A program made the position numbers and the translations under genes. A model generated the notes under the pieces. That model ran no database searches and was not told the origin of the DNA. It worked only from the letters and a program-made list of their open reading frames with translations. DNA of 62,948 nt, counting the filler, from Octopus bimaculoides (taxonomy: Eukaryota): the NCBI RefSeq assembly GCF_001194135.2. It is 6 parts of 5 records of this genome, joined end to end, with 100 filler letters (N's around TTAATTAATTAA, not from the genome) between each part and the next. Parts side by side here need not be neighbours in the genome. Positions count along the whole stretch, not along the records: positions 54,764 to 57,875 come from NC_068987.1; positions 57,976 to 59,957 come from NC_068989.1; positions 60,058 to 62,948 come from NC_068983.1; 3 more parts are not named here. The stretch is one strand, 5' to 3'. Each line of letters begins with the position of its first letter. Positions within the stretch are counted from its first letter, which is position 1. Positions 54,979 through 62,948 of the stretch are shown piece after piece.

Positions 54979-55310
54979 AAGGTGGTGAGCTGGCAGAAAC
55001 GTTAGCGCATCGGACCAAATGCCTAGCGGCATTTCGTCTGTCTTTACGTTCTGAGTTCAAATTCCGCCAAGGTGGACCTTGCCTTTTGTCCTTTCGGGTT
55101 CGTTGAACAAACTACCAGTCAAGCACTGGAGGCGATTACATCCACTATACCCTTCCCCAAAAAATTTCAGGTCTTGTACCTATAGTAGAAAGGATTATTA
55201 TTGTTGATGTTGTTATTGCAAAGGTGGTGAGCTGGCAGAAGCGTTAGCGCATCGAACAAAATGCTTAGCTGCATTTCTTCCGGCTCTTTACGTTTTGAGT
55301 TTAAATTCCT
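54979..55310 (+). mobile_element. Family A SINE plus a tandem partial copy
   Basis: Copies at 54979-55200 and 55220-55310. Confidence 0.85.
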
Positions 55311-55440
55311 AAATTCTCTTTACCTATCAAACCTTACGAGTCGCTAAAATTCGTTGGATTATTACTATTATTTATCGACAGAAGTTACAGAATGACTCAC
55401 GATTCGAACGTTGTGTGGATGACATTTATTACGAAACTCC

Positions 55441-55675
55441 CTGCTGTGTGGTAAGAATTTTGCTTCCCAACCACACGGTTCCAGGTTCAGTCCTGCTGCG
55501 TGGCACCTTGGGCAAGCATCTTCTATTGTAGTCCCGAACTTAATCATGACTTTGTGAGTGGATTTAGCAGGCGGAAACTGAAAAAAACCCGTCGTTTGTA
55601 TGTATGTATGTATATATATATATANNNNNNNNNNCATGGCCGCAACCCAAAGAGTGAAACAAGTAAACGGTTAAA
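55441..55675 (+). mobile_element. SINE family B (tRNA head, internal microsatellite, conserved tail)
   Basis: GCTGTGTGGTAAG...GGTTCAGTCC..CTGCGTGGCACCTTGGGCAAG...CCCGTCG-(TA)n-gap-CATGGCCGCA...GAAACAAGTAAA. Confidence 0.8.
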
Positions 55676-56024
55676 AGTATATATAAGCATACACGCGTAC
55701 ACACACATACACACATACGCACACACATACAGACACTCACACACACAGGTACACATACACACACACACACACCCAAAGTCCCGAGGGAAGTAGATGCCTT
55801 AGTCATCACAACTCTTACCCCACTCGTACACCCACAATCATATACATTACACTGACATACATACAAACTCCCCAGTCCTTCACCCTCAAGACATACGTCT
55901 TGCTCACGTGCAAAAGCAGACGATATATTCTTGTTGAAAATTCAAGGCCCATCATTATGTTCATTGGCAGAAGCTAACTTTTTGTCTGTCTGTGTAAACA
56001 TCTATCTATCCACCCATCTGTCTG

Positions 56025-56062
<38 letters not shown>

Positions 56063-56185
56063 GATTTTATCTACCTTTCTCTTTGTCAGTCTATTTATTT
56101 ATCTATCTTATGATTGTTTATCTATCTATCATTTCCTATGTCTTTCTTTCTAGCAAGATAAAGAGAGGGGGAACAGAGATACAGG

Positions 56186-56258
<73 letters not shown>

Positions 56259-56344
56259 NNNNNNNNNNNNNNNNNNNNNNNNNNNNNNNNNNNNNNNNNN
56301 NNNNNNNNNNNNNNNNNNNNNNNNNNNNNNNNNNNNNNNNNNNN

Positions 56345-56389
<45 letters not shown>

Positions 56390-56399
<10 letters not shown>

Positions 56400-56408
56400 T
56401 AGACAGAC

Positions 56409-56448
<40 letters not shown>

Positions 56449-56690
56449 TGACAGAGACAGACAGACAGACTGACAGAGACAGACAGACAGACTGACAGAG
56501 ACAGACTGACAGAGACAGACAGACAGACTGACAGAGACAGACAGACAGACTGACAGAGACAGAGACAGAGAGAGAGGTACAGAGAGAGAGGTACAGAGAG
56601 AGAAGTACAGAGAGAGAGGTACGGAGAGAGAGGTACAGAGAGAGAGGTACAGAGAGAGAGGTACAGAGAGAGAGGTACAGAGAGAGAGAG
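56390..56690. repeat. Microsatellite-derived minisatellites: (GACA)n variants, then 14-bp GTACAGAGAGAGAG about 8 times
   Basis: Seen directly in the sequence. Confidence 0.85.
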
Positions 56691-56944
56691 AGACTGATAC
56701 ACAGACAGAGGCAGGGAGAGGGATGGGTAGATGAATGAATGAATGATATTTCTAACAGAATTATACGGAAAGAGATGGGGGAAAGAAAGAGTGAGAAAGA
56801 AAAAGAGAGACAGACAGACAAACAGACAGAGTGACAGAGTCAGAAGCAAAGAGAAAGAGATGGATGGATGGATAGATGGATGGATGGATGGATGGATGGA
56901 TGGATGGATGGATGGATATATCATTCTCCGAACTTTCTGTCTTT

Positions 56945-56971
56945 CCGACGAAGGGCTCCGCCCGAAACGTC
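56945..56971 (+). ncRNA. Degenerate minimal hammerhead-like motif in a Penelope-type terminal repeat
   Basis: CCGACGA-A-GGG-CUCCG-CCC-GAA-ACGU-C. Core U4 is C and helix I is poor. It shares downstream TCCCGAGCGT with the 11987 copy. Confidence 0.45.
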
Positions 56972-57093
56972 ATACTATCTCTCCTTCCTTTCCCGAGCGT
57001 CCAATAACACTATCNNNNNNNNNNTATATATATATATATCCTCTCTCTCTCTCTCTCTCTCTGTATATATATATATATAGACAGACAGACAAC

Positions 57094-57127
<34 letters not shown>

Positions 57128-57707
57128 CTGGGGTTTAGCAATCTGTTATCAATTAAGTTTTAATTACCGTGGATACCTTCTATGACGTTTATAGATTAAT
57201 TAAGACTTTACGAGAGTGTTACCCGTCATATGATTTATAACGTTGGAAGTATTCTTTTGCCAGTATGAGTAACAAGAAAGATAGCGTACATACAGTCAAT
57301 ATAATCTGAGTTTTATCAAATTTCGTGGTGCTTATACGAAATGATGAAATGAATCCTCTAACTTTCAAGCGAAAAAATATATATTTCTCTCTCATTTATT
57401 CCCGCTTCGCCTCCTCTGCCACCTCTTCCTTCTCCACCGCCACCTCTTCCTCCTTCCCCCATTTCCCCTCTTTTTTGTTTTCCTCCATCTCCGCCGACTC
57501 TATGATTTAAATTGTCTCTCACTGTGTATAGCGATCCTTTACTCACTGCCGGTCGCCAAGCCTAATATGTGCACTCATCTTGCACCTGCTACGTTGACTC
57601 TTTTTTCATTACGATGTAAAGCGTGGTTGTACGTACGTATGTATGTATGTATGTATGTATGTATGTATGTATATAGATGGATACATACATACATACATAC
57701 ATACATA

Positions 57708-57875
57708 CAGGAGTGGCTGTGTGGTAAGTAGCTTGCTTACCAACCACATGGTTCTGGGTTCCGTTCCACTGCGTGGCACCTTGGGCAAGTGTCTTCTACT
57801 ATAGCCTCGGGCCGACCAAAGCCTTGTGAGTGAATTTGGTAGACGGAAACTGAAAGAAGCCCGTCGTATATATGT
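57708..57875 (+). mobile_element. SINE family B head, well preserved
   Basis: CAGGAGTGGCTGTGTGGTAAGTAGC...GGGTTCCGTTCCACTGCGTGGCACCTTGGGCAAGTGTCTTCTAC. Confidence 0.85.
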
Positions 57876-57975
57876 NNNNNNNNNNNNNNNNNNNNNNNNN
57901 NNNNNNNNNNNNNNNNNNNTTAATTAATTAANNNNNNNNNNNNNNNNNNNNNNNNNNNNNNNNNNNNNNNNNNNN

Positions 57976-59063
57976 GTATGTATGTGTATATTGACTAACG
58001 CATGCGTTTCCACAATTCTCAACCAATTTTCATCAAACTTTACACGCACCTTACTTATGTCCCAAGGATGGTCATACACTATAGCATTTTGCCCATAGCT
58101 CCCGCGTAAATGTTCAAACGGGAAAAACGGTGGTTTACACGGGGTTTTCTCTAATTCGTTGTATGTACATAGTTTTTTAGTAAGTAGGGTCTTCCATACT
58201 TTTTCAGTCTATATGGTAAGATATTGGCATTAGAGAATATTTTTTGGTGGTTTCACATTTTATTTATTAATTATGTATTTATATGTTGTAATTGTGTTTT
58301 ATTACTTTCTATAGTTTTTTTTTTATATGTGTATTTTGTGTTTGGGTGTTTTGGTTACAGAATATTATAAAAGTGAACAAATTTTGTCTATTTATTTATT
58401 TAGACTGTTTTTTTTTTAGTTGTTTTCGCATATTCTTGATTTATTATTTGTCTGCCTTACAACGCAACATCTTTTCACTGCGAACTGCTAAAGATTCAAA
58501 GCAATATTCATGAAGTGAAGTCACACTTTTTATGTTTTCATTTTTCGTTACCTGAAGTCAATTTCAGAGTGATCATACACTGTAAGCATGTAGCAAGTAC
58601 ATTCCTTTAACTATACCTTTTCAAGTAGGTATTATATTGCCATTTTTGAACGTACCAATCATACTTCTCTCTGAAAAAATAACTGCTTTGCTGTTAAATA
58701 AAATAGACTCGTGGAGGGGAAGTTTCAATGTCTTCCTTCAATTTCCTTACGCCATTTATGCGGCTGTTTCTGACAAGAAGCTTCACTTTCATGTAAAACA
58801 GTTATATTTTGTAGTCATTATCCGTAATCTACTCCCAAAAAACTCCAGTGGTTCTACTTTAAATCGATTGCAAAATTATGCGTTCTATGATCATTAAAGT
58901 TCAACGACCTCCTCAATAACCAGCCTTCTGCTTGGTTTTCCATTCCTAGGTTAATCGGAAACATAGATTGCCGTGCTACTCATAAAATCTTTTCGGTAGT
59001 TCAATTATCTTGGGAAAAATATACCACCGCAGCAACTTAAGTCGTCCAAAGGACGGGTGCTAG
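57976..59063 (+). mobile_element. Probable non-autonomous Helitron
   Basis: The 3' end is a hairpin CGTCC-AAA-GGACG (59043-59055) followed by CTAG (59060-59063) and T. The left part begins after a microsatellite or gap. A weak helicase-like residue lies at 58637-58897. Confidence 0.5.
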
Positions 59064-59084
59064 TATATATATATATATACTTCT

Positions 59085-59289
59085 TTATTCTTCTATTTGT
59101 TTCAGTCACTTAACTGCGGCCATGCTGGAGCATCACCTTTTAGTTGAAGAAATCGACACCAGGACTTATACTTTGTAGGCCTAGTACTTATTGTATCGGT
59201 CACTTTCACGGAACCGCTAAGTTAGAGGGACACAAACACACCAACATTGGTTGTCAAGCAATTGGTGGACAGACAGAAACACACAAACA

Positions 59290-59349
<60 letters not shown>

Positions 59350-59640
59350 NNNNNNNNNNNNNNNNNNNNNNNNNNNNNNNNNNNNNNNNNNNNNNNNNNN
59401 NNNNNNNNNNNNNNNNNNNNNNNNNNNNNNNNNNNNNNNNNNNNNNNNNNNNNNNNNNNNNNNNNNNNNNNNNNNNNNNNNNNNNNNNNNNNNNNNNNNN
59501 NNNNNNNNNNNNNNNNNNNNNNNNNNNNNNNNNNNNNNNNNNNNNNNNNNNNNNNNNNNNNNNNNNNTATATATAACGGACTTCTTTCAGTTTCCGTCTA
59601 CCAAATCCATTCACAAGGTTTTGATCGTCCCGAAGCTAAT
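59085..59640 (-). mobile_element. SINE family B copy with internal microsatellite and gap
   Basis: TTGTTTCAGTCACTTAACTGCGGCCATGCTGGAGCA (tail) ... CTTCTTTCAGTTTCCGTCTACCAAATCCA.TCACAAGG. Confidence 0.85.
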
Positions 59641-60127
59641 TTCATCTGCCAGTATACATATATATACTGGCAGATGAAATTGGTCAAGCCATCGATCGTT
59701 TGAGAAGTTGCTACTGACAATGCCTACAGAATAGGCGAAACTAGGAATAGTCTGGTGATTCTAGAGACGGTCATAGTGCGTTTAACTCCCCTGTCAGTGT
59801 GTATACTGCGCTCTTCATACAGCATTAAAAGACTTTTAACTCTCATTTCTAGCAATGTAGGCGTTTCAGCTTAATTAGTCACATTTAGTGACGATTAACT
59901 TATTCCTTTATGGTATTACATTGCACCTAGCTGTTTCTATTATTTCATATATATATANNNNNNNNNNNNNNNNNNNNNNNNNNNNNNNNNNNNNNNNNNN
60001 NTTAATTAATTAANNNNNNNNNNNNNNNNNNNNNNNNNNNNNNNNNNNNNNNNNNNNTGTATCTATATGTACATGTAGATGAACGTATATACATACATCT
60101 ACATATATATGCATATACTCATATATT

Positions 60128-60173
<46 letters not shown>

Positions 60174-60309
60174 CATATGACTAAACGCCACGCATCCATT
60201 TCCGAGTAAGCTTTTATATATATATATATTCACATATATAAGTTATAATAATTTGTTTTGACGTACGTATATCTTATTTATTTTCAAAACCAAATGTAAA
60301 TATTACAAG

Positions 60310-61240
60310 TTCTCCAGTGGTAGCTACGAACTTTTTAATTATCTTTTATCTTGCATCTGTTAGTGTTTCAAAGTGTCCAGTCCAGAAATACGGATAAGAG
60401 GTTTATCTTCCTACGATAGTTTTCAGAATTTTGTTTATTTGTATTTCATTATCTTACTCTCATACTGCCATGGTTGCACTCTTAGATCTCAAAGTTCGCC
60501 TCGACATTTTGTAACAGATTAGTAATATCAGTAAAATGGAGAATGCTGATTTTTCAGATACCTACTTTGATATTATCTTCACAAGATTCAGAAGTTTCAT
60601 TCATTACTTATTGCAGAACTCCTTATAAAATGCTTCATGAATGAATGTATTTTTTCCCGAATATAAACAAAAATCCTACATCTCTTTCTGTTTGGATAGC
60701 AGCTTTTGTATTATTAAATATCAATTACATTCTTAGTTTCAGTAGCTCAATTGACATATATTGCTTAATATTTCTACGACTGCTAATAAAACTAATTAGA
60801 AAGTTGCTTTTGCAATATGATGTATTTGACTTTTTTGGCCGTAACGTAACATCCTGACCTACCTTCCAATTTAAAACAATATAACACATTCTACTCAGAA
60901 TATCGGTGACATATTCCTCACCATAGTTTAGCAGTTTTTTTATTATTATTATTCATGTTATGCTTCTGGTGGCTATTTAAACTTTCGTCAAAGAATTCTT
61001 TGTGTGTGATGCTGTAAATTGGTTTCTCTCGGATTAAGTGTTATATAAAAGATAATTTCCTGTCTTAATTGCGTAAGCACGTAAATATCTCCCTATGTTT
61101 TGTAGTTGTAAATTTCATATAATATTCTCTTCAACTATAAGTCGTTTTTATTAGTTATTTCTCATTTGCCGTGATTTGGCTTAAAACGTTTATGGGTTTC
61201 TGCATGTATCTCAATCAATTTTCCTCTGTAAATTTTCAAT
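60310..61240 (-). pseudogene. Very old LINE reverse-transcriptase fossil, RTE-like
   Basis: Minus strand reads KKLLNYGEEYVTDILSRMCYIVLNWKVGQDVTLRPKKSNTSYCKSNFLISFISSRRNIKQYMSIELLKLRM*LIFNNTKAAIQTERDVGF. This parallels LLKYGGE..L..LC......PKKG....C.NYR.ISL.S...K......Q.GF. Many stops. Confidence 0.5.
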
Positions 61241-62948
61241 ATAAATGAATGACTACACTAAAGTCGTGTGAAATCTGACTTGTGCATGCAAGGGCATGCA
61301 CATGATAGTTAGCAATCAATCGTTAAATGTGATATCATGTTACGTTTCACCGAATCCAGTTACGCTGTTCTATTATCTTTCAATGTTCATCAACGTCTTT
61401 GGTGATTTTTAGTAAACCATATCATCATTCTTTTAAACCAACATAATGGATGTATTGGAAAATATATGTGTAGCATGTATACGTCGATAACTCAGTGTTA
61501 TATTCGAGCGATTCACTCATTATATCGTTATTCCAAACCTAATACGAATAATTTGCCTAAAAGTCATACGTCCAATGGTTTAAAATGAGACATGTACATA
61601 AAAAAAAGAAAGACACTCAAGATTATAATTTATCGGGCATATCACTTCCGTTCACGTCATTGTTGACATATAAACAGCAACTACTCATTAATTACACACC
61701 GAATCAATAAAAGATGCTTTTCTAAGTAATTTGACAATATTATGTAATTCATAACATATTTTAATCGAAATTATGCGTGTCGAATTTACAACATTATAAC
61801 CTACAGTTTATATGCATTTCAAAAGCATTTATCTTTCCAAAAGGGAAACACACACTCCACTTTAGAAGTCCGAACAGTTTATGATAAATCTTCATTATAT
61901 CTGTAGCTATTGAGTATATTATTTCAGCAGCAGATCTGAAGAGCATTATTACAGGAAAGTGAAAAGAAACAATAAAGAATACATTCCTTTCCAGTTTGGA
62001 ATAACCACTTACGTTAATTATAAAGACAAAACTGAAATATATTCTTATTAGACAGGTAAAACAATGGCGAAATATCAGCAAAGAGAAAGTCTGTAAGACG
62101 GGAGGAAACAAATAAGAAATAATAGAGAAGAAATGCAATAATACCTAGCTTCCAGGCTGGATATCTTTGCATGAAATCAGATTTTGACAAAATAGAAGGT
62201 ATTTTTCCACACATTTTTTATTCTGGAAAATCTAAGAGGAAAATAATTGTTTATGAAAATAGTAATTAATAGGCTTAACGCTAACATTACATAATGATGG
62301 CTACACACAACTGATATACTACATTATCTTAATGTGTGTGTGTATGTGTTTGTGTATATATGCGCGTGTGAGTGAATGTCTGCATACGCGTGCATATGTG
62401 TATATGTATATATGTATGCTTATATATGCTTATAGGTAATTATATCAATCAAAGTTTTATTAACAATAATGTGTTACCATGATCTAAGACAGACACATTT
62501 ATTGTCTGCTTCGTGTGGATGCTGACCCCCTAGATTATCGGCTCCATCTATTATTTAAGTATAGTGCATTATATGCTATTTTGTCGGTTCTAAGCCAAAA
62601 TAAAGATACATTAACATAGTACAAATAATATTTCACCATATTTTTGCATCAGACTTATTATATAATAGAATCTATTATTTAGATGTATTTGCTATTTATG
62701 TATTTCATATTAGCAGTCGCTTGACACTTATTAACATTTACTAAATCGAGAAAGATAAAAAATATTTTATAAGGATATAATAAATATCCTAATAAATATT
62801 TCTTGATATGAGTTGAAGACTTTGACCAAAACAAATCACCAGAATGGTTTGTAACTTAAAACATATAAATTGTTTGAGCAGAAAAAATCCACTCTCACAT
62901 AAATGCATACGTGTATGTGTGGATATGTATGTATATATGCTTATATAT

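Noticed and set aside
61794-62138. 114-aa hydrophobic ORF resembling a membrane protein
   Set aside because: It has a TTG start, its composition is explained by T-rich DNA, and it has no family motif or splice support.

Overview
Repeat-dominated, gap-rich, non-coding eukaryotic DNA. The SINE families, dense microsatellites and assembly style resemble a coleoid cephalopod, probably Octopus; this is recall-based inference, not a database result. I found no recognisable intact protein-coding gene. The long ORFs in the track are artefacts of N gaps and microsatellites. The window holds many tRNA-derived SINE copies from several families and decayed LINEs (a CR1/L2-like RT tail, three R4/Dong-like restriction-endonuclease tails, an old RTE-like RT). 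It also holds DNA-transposon fossils (pogo/Tigger, Tc1/mariner maT-like, two MITEs, a probable Helitron) and several promoter-like or first-exon-like CpG-rich patches. The best signal is a set of type I hammerhead ribozyme (HHR) motifs with palindromic stem III, the form typical of Penelope-like elements and non-LTR retrozymes. Two near-canonical copies face apart in a ~357-bp tandem-plus-inverted repeat at 12.5-13.3 kb. One copy with a fully intact core and a long helix II lies at 39771-39845, and three degenerate relatives occur elsewhere. Repeat boundaries were read by eye and are approximate.
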